From Torpedo marmorata (Eukaryota): 64,000 nt of DNA. Below are positions 13,291-27,116 of this stretch, in pieces. The first letter of the stretch is position 1. Each line of letters opens with the position of its first letter. Both the position numbers and the translations under genes were made by a program. Below the pieces are notes generated by a model. It saw only the letters and a program-made list of their open reading frames with translations, searched no databases and had not been told where the DNA came from. The stretch covers positions 16,306,001 to 16,370,000 of the forward strand of contig OZ360247.1 in NCBI GenBank assembly GCA_977017645.1, written 5' to 3'.

Positions 13291-14950
13291 TATTATCTAT
13301 GGTTGTCCACTGGTGTGGTCTGAGAGCACAGAATGCAGGAGGACAATGCTCTGGAAAAGCTCTGCTGTTGGAAGTGTTATTTGTTTTTCCGCACTCCAGT
13401 CTATTGTGGAAGTCAAAAGGGAAGACTCAAAAACGTACGGGGGTTGTAGGTCAATTGGGTGTAATTGAAAGGGCCTGTTACCGAGCTGTATGACTAAAAT
13501 TTAAAAAAACCCACTCAGAGTTGGCCTTTTACCACATTGCTATATCTCGGAGATTTGTTCAACCAAGCTTACTTCTGCATCTTCACAACACCCCCCCCCC
13601 TCCCTCCACCCCCCCCCCCTCCCGAACAATAGTATCTAAATTTCCAAAGTATTTAATTGGTCGTGATAACAAATCAAAATGTTGGAAATACTCGGCGTAT
13701 CTGGCAGCAGTTATGGAGGTGGATAACGTTTCAGTTCGGTGCTTTGTTGAGAATTCCCAGCATATTTTATTTTTATTCTGCATTCCAGCATCTGCTGATT
13801 TTATTTTTGCATTGGTCGTGAATCGCTTTGTTTGATCCTGTGAATAAAGACAACATTTAATATTATTCCTCTTTTTGCTTGTCATATATATACACACAGT
13901 ATATTAAATACCCTTTGAAAGCTGCTGTTGAATCTGCTTCTGTCGTGTTTCCAGAAAGTGCATTCCAAAACATAACGATATTGTTACCTCGCCTCTAGTT
14001 TATTTGTTTTGTTAATGACCCGTGGAAAATGATGTTTTATATTGAATCTCTCATAAACCTCGCATTTTGTTTCATACAACTGCAGCACCTCTTTCCTAGT
14101 ATAATTAAGGCAAATCTCTCCCCGTTTCCCAAATCCCCATCTAACATTGCCTCAAAATAAAATATCCATCCAAATATCTAAATGCACCCACATTCTTTCT
14201 CTGCAAACATTTGTAGCCTCCGAACCTTCTAAAATATGTTCCTTCATTTCCGCATTTCTCTTCAGTCCAATTGCCAAGACCCATGAGAGGAATTGAACTT
14301 AAAAATCATAAATTCGATGGTGAATTGCAAAGTGACTGCATCATTTCATTCCTGTCTCGTGTGCAAGAACTCCGTTTTAGGACTTGGCTATTTTACTTTT
14401 GCCTAAAATTCCACTTGTAGGTTGCACCTCACTCTCCAACTTTCACGTGATTTATATTTCTAAACATTGCCACCCTGTTCGTGAAATTGTTTATACCCCT
14501 CTGTTGACATGGTTTTTTTTAAATTAATCGAAGCACAAATGAAGCAATGCATAGTATGTACTCAAGATGAGGCTTTCCACTCCTGAATTTCTAAAATGTT
14601 CCCCTTCTTCAGAAATGTGGTTGGTGGAACCCTCACTCACATTCCCTCCATTTTTAGGACTCTTGCTCTTTACCTCCCACCCCAGCCAGGCATTTCAGAA
14701 ATAAAGTTCTCTTGATCCTCAACTTACAGCCCGCCTACCTTCGCACACTGCACATCGTCCTTCGTTATTTCCACCAGCTGCAATGGGATCCCACCAATGG
14801 TCACATCATCCCCTCCTCACCCCTTTCTGCTTTCTGCAGGGACCACGCCGTGACTCTCTGGTTTGTTCATCCCTATCGTCCCCTGGGACTTTTCCCTGCC
14901 AGAGTTCCTTACCGATTTTTATAAATGCAACATGCTACGAGTCATGGGGA

Positions 14951-15184
14951 GGGCACGGTTAGCGTAGCGGTTAGCGCGATGCTGCTGCAGCGCAAGCGAC
15001 CGGGTTTCGAATCCCGCGCTGTCTGTAATTAGTTTGTGCGTTCTCCCCGTGTCTGTGTGGGTTTCCTCCGGTTTCTTCCCACCCTTCAAAACGTACGGGG
15101 TTGGAGGTCAATTGGGTGTAATTGGGCGGCACGGCCTCGTGGGCCGAAACGGCCTGTTACCGTGCTGTATGTCTGTATGTCTAA
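14951..15184 (+). mobile_element. Full-length tRNA-derived SINE (V-SINE/HE1-like)
   Basis: A box TAGCGTAGCGG, B box GGTTTCGAATCCC, V-domain-like core (gttctccccgtgtctgtgtgggtttcctccgg) and a CR1-like tail gggccgaaacggcctgttaccgtgctgtatgtct. Tail fragments also occur at ~7440-7550, ~13430-13505 and 23816-23960. Confidence 0.85.
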
Positions 15185-16779
15185 GGCCTGTCCGGACGCA
15201 CCTTCACCGCCAATTTCTCAGAGGAATAACGAAATTCCGCTTCTATCCAGTGTCGTTTACCAATCTTTACAGGCACACCATACAAATTATCCCGTCTGAA
15301 TGCTTTTTTTTTGGCGATCTTTTGCAGAGCAGATCCTGTACTGCTCAGTATGCATCCGGGAAGAATACTTTCCATAAAAGTACAACGAGACAAAAGCAAA
15401 GTATTGCCAATTCAGCAAATAGGACGTAAATATCAAAATGTTGGAATCATTCAAAGGCTCAAGCAGGATCTGTGAAACTGGAATGAAATGTCATTCATCT
15501 GAGACTTTAAATGCGTTTTGATCTTTCTCCACAGATGTTGCTTGACCGGCTGAAGCTTTCCGTTTTTTTTCTGTTTTTCTTTCAGCAATATATGTAATCA
15601 TTAAACATACCATTTGCTTCACTTCAATAATAATAAGCAGAGCAGTCGCCAACGCAAAGTGTTTAATTTGGCTAAGGTAGCAAAATAATCAACTGCCGCC
15701 GAATTAACGGGAAATAAAAACGCACAAAGACAAAAATAATACCATCGACGGGCTTCTTTACATTTGATTGAGACCCACTGCAATCCACCGAAATGGCAGG
15801 AAAAAAAAACAAGGGTGCTTGGTTGCTATGTTGAATTCTGTTCGCAGCTTCTAATTCACAAGAACATGGACATCATTGCTAAACTAACATAAGATTAGTT
15901 GAAAGGTTGGTTTCTGGGTTCATGTACCTGAGGAATTCCACAATACAGATCAACAATAAGTCTATTTTGTTGGTAATGTTATTGCATTCTTTCGTGGTAA
16001 GTTTGTCCACTGCTTCTAACAAACAATTCTGTGTCTATAATTCTTCACACCCATGTTGCCATCATGTTAACTACCCTTGCCAACTAACTTAGTTGGTTGC
16101 TGAAAACATTAACTCAAGTAAAATATATTCCTTGATGCCAAAGAAATCATGCAAGTACATGGCAAGAATGAAGGATGTATTATGTTACTTCAGATTGGAT
16201 TCCTTATATAATATAAAGAATATTATAGGATATTTTCCTTTCCGTTTCTGTTATACGTATGCCTCTACAGACTACACGTCTTCCATTCCTTTTGTATGCC
16301 AGCAGTGCACTGTATTGTAATTAATACATTCACTTTATCATGAAACCTTGGGTATCACGTAAATCTATCAGTTTTGTTTCAAAATTTATTTTTCAGGATT
16401 TATGAAGATAGGCATTCAATATATGTGTTAATTAGAGAGGGATAATATTTGCAAGTGTTAACTATGATTTCACTTGGAAGAATATAACATGGTTTCTTAT
16501 TAATGCATTTAGTTGTAACAAGACAACTATGAAGTGGGGTTAGTTCTTATTGCTTACCACATTTTATTGAATCTCAGTTTCAGTGTAACACTAATGAAAG
16601 TCAAGGTTTAACAGTCAAAATTAAATTTATGGTCATGTACACAAAATGCTCAAACATCTTTTCTTTTTTAGCCTGCAAAGGCAAAGAATCACCAACTGGT
16701 CCAGCACCATTATTTAAACAAGAAAGAGAAGGAAAAGAGAATTCCATTGGAGACATCGATAACAAGCTGGAAGGTTCCA

Positions 16780-17260
16780 GCAAATGGTCGCTCCTGTAGG
16801 CTCTCAGGGTGATTTGGTCGAATGCTTTATCACATGCACTTTCAAACCAAGTACCAATACCTTCTTAGATTTTGTTGAAGAAGGCCTACTTTTCATGCAC
16901 AGATTAAGATTCCCTTCCCATGTTGTCCTCGTAAAAACTGTGTTGAGGATGAGACCATCATCCATTTACTTCGTGAATGAGTGTTTGCAAAGAATGCCTG
17001 GAAAGGGATCAAGTGGTCCTTCTCAAGATTCAGTCCAATCCGTTGGGTAATACAGAAGGCATGCATCAAATGCTGCCTAAAAGGTTGTCACCCCAATGTG
17101 TCATTTGGTGTGCCTAAATTCTCTGGTCTTCCAGTGCAAGAAGCTGTCCATGAACCAAGGATGGACTCTCATGTCCAGGGCCATGTGCTGGTGTTTCACT
17201 GAGCTTTGGCTTAGCCAATGGAATGCCCCCGTGGAGAAAGATGTAGTTCAGTTTCTCCTG
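16780..17260 (+). mobile_element. Degenerate Tx1/L1-like ORF2 C-terminal fragment
   Basis: C...CVEDETIIHL...FAKNAWK zinc-knuckle-like remnant with frameshifts. Confidence 0.45.
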
Positions 17261-19901
17261 TAATGCAATTATAAGGCACAAATCCATTTTAGAAATGTTA
17301 GATTGTACGCTTAAAGAAAAATATAAAGGAATTTCGTTAACCTAAAAGCATAGATGGAAATTCTTAATAGGCACGGCAGTGTTTGTGGGGGAAGAAACTG
17401 AGTCGATATTGAAGGTTAATGGCCTCACCTCCGAACTGGAAAATGTATACAACAGGAATGTTTTAAGTTAAAACGAAATGGAGGAAGCTGGGCAAGGATG
17501 TGGTGGAGAAATTGAGATAGGAAATTTCAGTGTGAGCCTAAAAGCTTCAATAGTGGTGAAGAATCATGGGAGATTATAAAGAGAGGATGGAATTTTACAA
17601 ATCAGGATCTAGCGTTGAATGAAGACCATGGAATTGGGCGGACGAGAAATTTCAAATAATGGACAATTGATAAAACGACAAATCAACTTCAGTGAACATC
17701 ATTTTATTATTGAACAAAGATTACGTACTGTAGGAATATTGTTGTGTTTTTAAGCAACCCTTGCCCTCTTTACCTGCCAGAAAATGTTGACCTGTCCTTG
17801 AGGAGTCCAGGTAGAGTCATAGAATCAAAAACACAAATGCTGGAGAAACTCAGCAGGTCAAACAGTGTATTTTATGTAGCAAAGGTAGAAATACATAACC
17901 GACGTTTCGGGCTTGAGCCCTTCATCAAAGATTCATAGAATCATTGAGTTTTACGCACGAAAACGGATCCTTCGGCCCAATTGGTCCACGCCGACCACGT
18001 TGTCAACCTAAGCTGGTCCCATTTCCCTGCGTCTGGCCCTTATCCCTCCTCGACCTTTCCTAACAATAAATTTTTAAAAATCAAGTTCTCTATTCTACCG
18101 AACTAGTGACACCGGTCTCATTATGCACAATGAACGTAATCGAGAAGGTATGGGGGGGGGGGGGGTGATTGTGATTTAAAGATGGCCACATGTGAAATTA
18201 AAACATTATCATTTTTGTTTTCGGAGAAAGAGCTTGCTGCGAATTCTTAATAAAATAATAATTTTGCTAGCGTTAGCAGTTTTTACAAACGGGTTTCAAT
18301 GCTTAAATTGTAGGCATTGGGTGCCAAATATCCGAGGTTTTTGGTTAAATGTTTCAATATTACCACGGTTATTTTGAGGTTTTCATACATGTCATAGACA
18401 CCTTTTGAATTGATACCAGTGCGTGAAGTTACGGTAAATAACGATGGAAGAAGCAATTTGTCATAACGCCAGGGAGAGTAAAAGCCGTTAGAATTAATTA
18501 TGTGTACTCTTGAAGTGAAATCTATTGTAATTATAATTGTATTGTAGGGAAATGAAATATTGCATGAATACACGAGCATTAAAGGGTTTCATATAGTTCG
18601 GACATAAATTTCAGAATCGGACATGTAAATCACGTGAAGATTATGTTTAGCATACAAAACTTTGCCTTATGCTGTCCTGGATTCTAACCCGCGCGCCCTC
18701 TGCCGATCATGATGTGACATCAGCAGTACTTTATAATGTTGGCCAGAGCAAGATGAAGAACCGGGATGTGTCCTCATGGCCTGACGGACAAAACGTTTCT
18801 TATTGCGTCCAGACCTTCCAAATGTCACAGTATAATCGAAAGCTTTTCTGCTACTGTTCCTCCAAAATCAAAAATAATGTCGACGAATTCCCACTTCTAT
18901 TGTTGAGAGAATATTAAGAATGTATAAAGCTTTTTTTTCACGTCGACATGATTTCCTACATCATTTTATCGTATGCAAACCAACTTTAAACCGCACTGAC
19001 GGTGGAATGTACAAGCTACAATATGCACAGTGCGATCTCACAAAAGAGGAATGCGATACTGATCTGGTAATCACTTTAATCTTGCTAATTGCGGGACCTT
19101 CCGAACGTTCAAAATAAAGACACGTGACTTTTTTCCGCATCGACCTGTGAGATGAAGAAGGAAGTCTCGTGAAAATCCGTGTCCAAGAAAAAAAACTATC
19201 ATCTTCGGTTTTGATGTTCAATTGTCCACATCCTTTCCCATCTCCCTACCTCTCATCATTCACGGCACTTGGGGGGCACTGGGGAGAGAGTTTCCATTCT
19301 TAATACACCCTATGATGAATTAATTTCAAAAGGGCTTTTCTCTAGTTGTCATCTTGTTCAGAATTCTTTACCAGGAGGATCATCTCATCTCCATCAACTA
19401 CAACAATTTATTAATAGTTTTAAAAAGATACACCAGTATATCTCGAAATTCTAAATTAAAGAGACTAAAAGCTAAATAGTTAACTCTCCTCAAACTTTAC
19501 TTATTAATTCACAGCACCATTGCTCTAAAATATTTAGTTTATTGGTAATGATTGGACCTTGAAAGCATGATTAATTCATCAATTCTGTCAGTTAATATGA
19601 TACATAATCCTGAGGTGATTGTGTTATATTTATCGTTGACGTCCCTATGTACTTATCACCTTTCTATTAGACTGGGATTATGATTTTACTTATTACCAGC
19701 GACCCAGTCGTGTTATGCAAACTCGCCCTTATAGTATTCACAAACTACCCCCAAAAAATAAGATACAGAATAAAATTGGTTGTCATGTAATTTGTGACAA
19801 AACTAATACATTACAAAATATTTTTTTCAACTAGCATTTCTTGACGCGTGCGCAAGACCTCGCGTTATGGAAAAATCACAATAAGATGCCCTTTTCTAGA
19901 A

Positions 19902-20982
19902 GTAAACACGAAAATCTGTAGACACCATGTAGTAAAAAACACAAAAGCTGGAGAACTCAGCAGGTCAAACAGTGTCTTTTATGTAGCAAAGGTAGAAATA
20001 CATAACCGACGTTTCGGGCTTGAGCCCTTCATCAAAGTATGAGAAAATGCCGGCAGGCGTCCGAACAAAGGAGTGAGGGGGGAAGGGGGGTGGCAAAGGC
20101 AGGAGATGATAGGTGGAGAAAGGAGGGAGGGGACAGCAGCAAAGAGGGGGAGGAGGGATGGCTGGGTGGGTGGAAAAAAACAGGAAGGACAGGTGAGGGG
20201 GGAGGGGAAGGGAACAACAAGCAGGTTTAGTGGAAAGCAGAAAAGTCATGTTAATGCCATCTGGCTGGAGAGTGCCGAGACGGAATATGAGATGTTGTTC
20301 CTCCAATTTGTGGGTAGTCTGGGTGGGATAGTACATGAGGCCATGGACAGACATGTGAGTGTGGGAGTGTGACCCAGAATTGAAATGGTTGGCTACTGGG
20401 GGGTCGCTGTTGTTGCGGACGGAGAGGAGGTGCTCAGCAAAGCGGTCTCCCAATCTACGACCGGTCTCTCCAATGTATAGAAAGCCACAAAGGGAGCACC
20501 GGATGCAGTAAATAAGTCCTCTGGATGTACAAGTGAAGTGTAGTTTCACTTGGAAGGCCTGTTTGGGGCCCTGGACCGTGGTGAGGGGGGAGGTGTGGGC
20601 GCAGGTGTTGCACCTCCTGCGGGCACAGGGGAAGGTTCCGGGGGTGCGATGGGTGGGGAGGGACGAGTGCACGAGTGAATCGCGGAGGGAGCGGTCCCTA
20701 CGGAAGGCCGAGAGGGGAGGAGAAGGAAAAATGTGTCTGGTGGTGGGATCCTGCAGCAAGGGCCGGAAATTCCGGCAGATAATGTGTTGGATGTGGAGGC
20801 TGGTGGGGTGGTAGGTGAGGATGAGGGGTATTCTATGTTTGTTGCGTCTGGGGGCAGAGGGGGCCAGGGCAGATGAGCGGGAAATGGAGGAGATGCGGGT
20901 GAGGGCTGAGTTGATGGTGGTGGAGGGGAAGCCACGTTTGTGGAAAAAGGCAGACATTTCAGAAGATGGTGGTGGAGGGGAA
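19902..20982 (-). mobile_element. Penelope-like element, 5'-truncated, with GIY-YIG endonuclease region and hammerhead-like motif
   Basis: ORF 19965-20957 contains IPLILTYHP, CARRRCNTC and FTCTSRGLIYCIRCSLCGFLYIGETGRRLGDRFAEH. Flanked by a 14-bp TSD GCCCTTTTCTAGAA (19888-19901 and 20983-20996). Confidence 0.9.
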
Positions 20983-23900
20983 GCCCTTTTCTAGAAACTC
21001 CATTCCTTTGTTCCCCATAACGCCGGTCAATAATACCTGCTAGTTCCTCCAGCAGGTTATTTACTTTCGCTCCAGATTCCAGCATCTGCAGTCTGGCGTG
21101 TCTCTAATCTTCTCCTGTCGACGGCGGAAAAAATCTGAATATGCCACAAATATTATGTTATATAATTCATTCAACTTGGCAAGCTGGTTCAATGAAAATG
21201 AATGTTACAAGAATTGGAAGAGAGGGCAGTGTTATATTCTCCAACCCTCTGCAGCTTTTGTGCTACACGTCAGTTGTTTTTTCCATGTAACGTTCGTGGA
21301 AGCAATCATGTGTATCCATCGGTATGGTAGTCAATATGTTTCCATATCCATGCCAATATATGTGAAATAGAAATGTATTGCTCTCCATAGAGATACTGTA
21401 TCTCTATGCCTTGCGTATAAACTGGAGTATATAATTTGTGTACGCTCAAAATGTACTTGTTTCTGTGATTAAAAAAAAAGCCACGTGCGCGTTTATGGAA
21501 TGGTTTTAAATTGTGTTTAAACATACATTGCGCATGTGTCTAAGAGGGCGCCAGTGGAGGAGGGGCAGCTTAAATATAAGACGAAAACGAACCACTGCAA
21601 CAGTACAATGTCATTCTAAAAACGGCGTGCAAAACGACCATTTAAATGTACGGTACTCTGTAGTACAAGCACGGATATTGCTGATGAACATCTTGAGATA
21701 TAAAGTGAGAATGCCGCGACCAATGAAGATTGGGAACGCGAAACACGAGCGCTGCACGAGTTAATATTAAACACACACATTGCGTGAATGCTGACGCATA
21801 CCCCGTCTTATTACTGTTGCAAGTTAATCTCTGTACCATGTAAAAACTCTTTTGTACTTTTTTGGCTCCGGTACTTAAACTAACAAATGGTAAGTAATTT
21901 ACTCCACTTCCTCTTCCCGTCTTTCTCTGTCTGTTTCTCTGCTGTACCCACTGTTGCTAGGAACTTTTATTTTGCTTCAAAGCCACGGCCATTTAGCACA
22001 ATATACCATTAATTCCCCCTACTTTCTCCACATTCTTTCGCAGGGCGTCACAACGGTTCTTCCAGGAAGTGCATAGTTTCTTTTCTTGCCTCAGTTTTAC
22101 CTCTGTACATTTCAGATTTTTGATAAGCAATGTTGGCGTCAGGTAATCATTACTTTCTAATTGACTTCCTCCTTTCGAACTGTTTGCAGCCTTTGTGGTG
22201 CGGGGCAATGTGGACCTTGACATTTCACCTTGACCTCTGGTTTAAAAAATAAAGCAAAATGCCCATAACTCTTTTCAATTAAAAACAAGGTCGTTTTGTC
22301 TTTTTTTAAATTCACAATCTTCGATGACATACGCCGTTGTCAGGCAATTTCTTCTGTACTTCAATTAAAAATAGTTAGCAATCCATTTTTGTGCTACTTG
22401 GGCTGGATAACTAGTCGAGCTCGTATGAATTGTGGAATTAGAATGATCTAATTTCATCGATCCACTGAATTGATTGGGTCTGTTTGTGATGATGGAGATC
22501 AATTGCTTTGAACGAATTAAATCAGTAAATATAACATGGAAATCGAACTGTGTCCGTGGAACCTCAACTGTGATTAAAGGAAGAAATTCCTGCAATCTAT
22601 TTTACATGTTTTATTAATCTGCAAAATCTATGTGTACAACAGCGCGTTATACATTATACTTTCGGAAACATGCCAGAGAGTAGATAGTTGTCAAACGTTG
22701 ACCAGAACCGCGCATTTACATGAAGCATACTTAAAGTTTTGCTAATTGACATTTTAATGGAAGATGTGGAAATATTTCTTTCTTTGGAAAAATGCTTCTT
22801 GTTCCAGATACGTACATCCTATAGTGTTACAAATCTGCAATGTCATTAAAAATAGGCTCGAGTCAAGATGCAAAAACATAATGTTTGTGAAAACTATTTA
22901 AAACACCTTAGACAACGTAAAAACACCCGACATCACCCGAACACAAAATGCGGCCTTTTCAATAATGTGGCAAATTCGATTGATGTGTCCCTTTGTACAT
23001 TCTGTGTTGTGTTTTGATGTTTATGCAGATTGTTGTTTTTCAAAGATTTGATTTATTCAATCAAACCTGCACACAATGAAGAACAACAAATGATAAAAAA
23101 AATCGGAAAATTGAATTTTAGTGATAAACACGATTCTCTCAAACTATTTTATGTATGCCGCTCAGGAATCGAGTATTCTATATTATGAAACGTTTGGAAA
23201 GTGGACAAATTCAAAAGAAATCAGTATATACCTCATACCACATTGTTTTAAAGTTTTTTAAATAATTCACACGACATTTCGGTTGAAGTCAACTTAACGT
23301 ATATTGCTTCAACGCCAAACTCTTCAGTTACAACATTGTTTAATTTTTAAGATTTCAATGAAAGTATTTTAAAGTGGCTTCTAAAGAAATGGTTCAGATT
23401 TCTCCACCAACACTTGGGAAATATAGTTAATAATGTTGTTGAAAACTGAGATTTAGTAGTTATTTTCGAAACTGTCTCTCCACCTGTTTTCTAAGAGTAC
23501 TTGGAATAAGCTGCATGTTTATCAGCCGGTGAACATTGGAGTTCCATAGCTTCACATTTCTTTGGGCCTGAATCTTTTGAGAGTTCGTGTGATTTGAAGC
23601 TAACCGTTTCTCGAAGAACCAAAAGAGATAGACTTTCGAGCAAATGACACGGGGGTAAAGGACGCGAAATTCAGCGCTCTACTAAAATAATTTTGTTATG
23701 TTTCGACGATGGCGATGTCCTAACGATCACTGGCAACTTTCGAAGTTTGTTTTATAATTCAGTTCAACAAACTCGTATTCTGAGACTATTACCTTGAAGC
23801 AGGGGTGGGCAACCATTTAATTTTTATTTTAGACGTACAGTACAGTAACAGGCCATTTCGGCCCATGACTCCGTGCCGCCCAATTAACCTACACTCCCGG

Positions 23901-25848
23901 TACGTACTCGTGGGCCGAAATGGCCTGTTATTGTACTGTACGTCTAAAATAAAAATTAAAAGGTCTTGAAGTAACGCAGTGTATTTAGGTGGCGCCGATA
24001 TTGCTGGTTTAAAACGAACACGTTTGTTAATTACAATATAGTTTGGTTCACAACCCAATACTGTGCCTTCCAGTGACCTGAAATCAGACGATCCTCCACT
24101 TTTAAAAAAAATGAAACGGTTAATGAATTATTGTGATGCTAAAATTAATTTCGATTTTATTCGGGCTATTGACTGCAATTTATGAAGATGGGGAATGCTA
24201 GCGTGAGCGTGAGACTGAGAACGGATGCAAGTCAACTCTGCAATAAGCAACATTGTTGCTGCAAAGTTTTGATTTTTAAACTGCAAATCATTAAATAAAT
24301 ATGTAAACTAAGAAAAATAACAGACTGAATATTTATCGTTTTGTTCCCTCTATTTAAAAAAAAACGAGCGTCATGTCTCATTACATATGATAGATCAGCA
24401 GAACTGTAGCAACCTTATGATGATACTTGTGCTCTCTTACTGGAACACCGTGAACTTATTTTTGGTTCGGTTACAAAATCTCAATAAAGTTGCAATTAAA
24501 ATTATTGTAAATAGCCAGACTGGAACAAATTAAATACAGTACCTTTAGCAGAACACAGTATACGATTCGCCTTGAAGGAATATTTGAAATAATATATTAG
24601 ATTCAATAAAAAAATGTTGGATTGGGAAATAGTTTAGTAAACTAAATAATAAAAAAGATATTTCTAAATTGCGAGTTGGCAACAAACTAAATTCTGTCAA
24701 TCATTTCTTTATTATAATAAAAGGTTAGCCCTCACACCACAAACCCAACATTTTTACTTCTTAATTTCTAAGAGCTGCGAGTCATTTCACATGATATATA
24801 TCAGGGTTTTGTGATTTCGGCTATTATGAATGGCACGAAGATGCCGAAAAAATATGAAAGGCAATGAAAGCATGTACTGTATTGAGAAAGCTGAAATATT
24901 TGACCCTATGCTGGACTCCAAAATTAGGTATGGTATGATCACGTGGCCATGTCTCGCGCAGTGCTGCGCCATATAGTAACAATAAAGACATATTCATCTT
25001 TCATAAAGATATGAATAAATAAAAGGTAGCGAGATTTTGTTTAGAGTAAGTGAACATCCCACCGACGGTTCTCTCGTGGACGCTGCCTGACCTTCTGAGC
25101 ATTTTCCAGCGCCTTTTTTGCTGTTTTTGGTTCAGATTTCTTGAATGCTGAGATTTTTGGCAGGCATGAGACTGGCACTTCTTGCTTTTATTCTGTGTGT
25201 TTTGGCGGTGCAGCATTCTTTGGGTTAATTAAATATTGCCTTCTCCAAAAATATAGAAACGGTTTTCTGAAAGACCCCTCCGACAATGCCGGACGATAGA
25301 ATTGATTCATTACTCTTGTTTCCAGCACTTCAAACTTTCACACGAATAAACATCCGCTCCAGAATGCACGACAAGTACGTTCCATGGGGGATTGCGGCTA
25401 GGGAATAAAGTTTAAGCCTGGCCCCGCTTCAAGGTTAGAAACAGCAGGGAGGAAAACAAGTGGGCGACAGAAATCACAACAGAAGTTCACTCATTTGCAG
25501 CCAGTTGCCTCAGACACGGTCATAAAGAGCCAGAGCGCCAGCAAAGGCAACGGAATTTCAACAATACCTTTATTTTTAATCAATCCGCAGTTTAAACACC
25601 CACGTGGATATTTGTCCATACTTTCGGAATAACTTATACAATGCTATTTCAAACTTCGAAGACTCTACCTCGAGCATCCATAATCAAGTACAACTGGCAG
25701 GTTTGTTTTCATGGAGAGGTTGTTTGTTTGTATTTAGGCTTCTCTTCAAATCTCATCTACCAAGGAAAGGAACAGTCAGTAAGAAATGTGAAGAGAGAGA
25801 GAGAGAGAGATGGGGAGAAGAGAAAGAAAGAAAGGAGAAAGAATGAGA

Positions 25849-26019
25849 NNNNNNNNNNNNNNNNNNNNNNNNNNNNNNNNNNNNNNNNNNNNNNNNNNNN
25901 NNNNNNNNNNNNNNNNNNNNNNNNNNNNNNNNNNNNNNNNNNNNNNNNNNNNNNNNNNNNNNNNNNNNNNNNNNNNNNNNNNNNNNNNNNNNNNNNNNNN
26001 NNNNNNNNNNNNNNNNNNN
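25849..26019. other. Assembly gap (follows a GA-rich repeat)
   Basis: Run of N. Confidence 1.
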
Positions 26020-26220
26020 ATTCTTGGTGCTCGGGTTGAAGCCAAAATATCAACCTCGCTGTTGTGCTGATGCACCATACGATTTATCCCAAGGCATTGT
26101 GTGAATGGCTCACACAGCAGCCAGACGCTTTATTGCCTGTCTGCGTGAATTTTATGTGCTAACAGACAACTGGCTGTCGAAAAAAAGAGACAGCGGTACG
26201 GCGGTGCCTCTTATAACAAA

Positions 26221-26428
26221 NNNNNNNNNNNNNNNNNNNNNNNNNNNNNNNNNNNNNNNNNNNNNNNNNNNNNNNNNNNNNNNNNNNNNNNNNNNNNNNN
26301 NNNNNNNNNNNNNNNNNNNNNNNNNNNNNNNNNNNNNNNNNNNNNNNNNNNNNNNNNNNNNNNNNNNNNNNNNNNNNNNNNNNNNNNNNNNNNNNNNNNN
26401 NNNNNNNNNNNNNNNNNNNNNNNNNNNN
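26221..26428. other. Assembly gap
   Basis: Run of N. Confidence 1.
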
Positions 26429-27116
26429 ATAAACGTCGATAGTCGGAATTTTTCTCATTTGTGGGTGAAAGCGATGGTAAAATAACGTTTAGTTCTGGGA
26501 AATGCTGCTTTTTGATTAATATAATTTGATGGGGGAAATTCCGTTGCAAACCTCGACTCGAATAACTCCCTCAAAATATCCAGGGCCCTTATTCTCGTAA
26601 GCTGCAGTCACGCTGCTGCTAAGTGCTTTGGAGAACTTTTAAATTGGAAAAATAAGCTCGACTGTCAGTTGGGACCAAATTTCGAAGAGTGTTCATGTTG
26701 AAGTATCTTAAATGGTTGCACATTCAAATGCAGCTGCGGTCATTCGAGTTTTAAAATTATTTAAGACGAGATGAAAATTCAATCCACTGCCAATTAGATA
26801 TCCATATAAACATGCATACTGTTGAAATTCATCGTCAGAAGCCTCAACGATTAGTGTAATGGCGGCATTACAAATTAGAACTAGTTCTGGAAGCATTCAC
26901 TTGGCAACGTACTGTGATCAAAGTATATTATTTTCTCTTTATCTTTGAAAGAAGACTTCATGGTTTAATTTTCAATTCACAGGATTCAAAAGCCCACGGT
27001 GCACTTTAAGTACCATTTCATCTATGAAGCAAAGATATACAGAAGCCACGACATTTACAACAGTTGCTGAACTTTCCTGATATTGCATATGCATAACTGA
27101 CGCTGTCTGTTACATT

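Noticed and set aside
14951-15020. tRNA gene
   Set aside because: The A/B boxes are part of a multi-copy SINE and no complete cloverleaf is evident.
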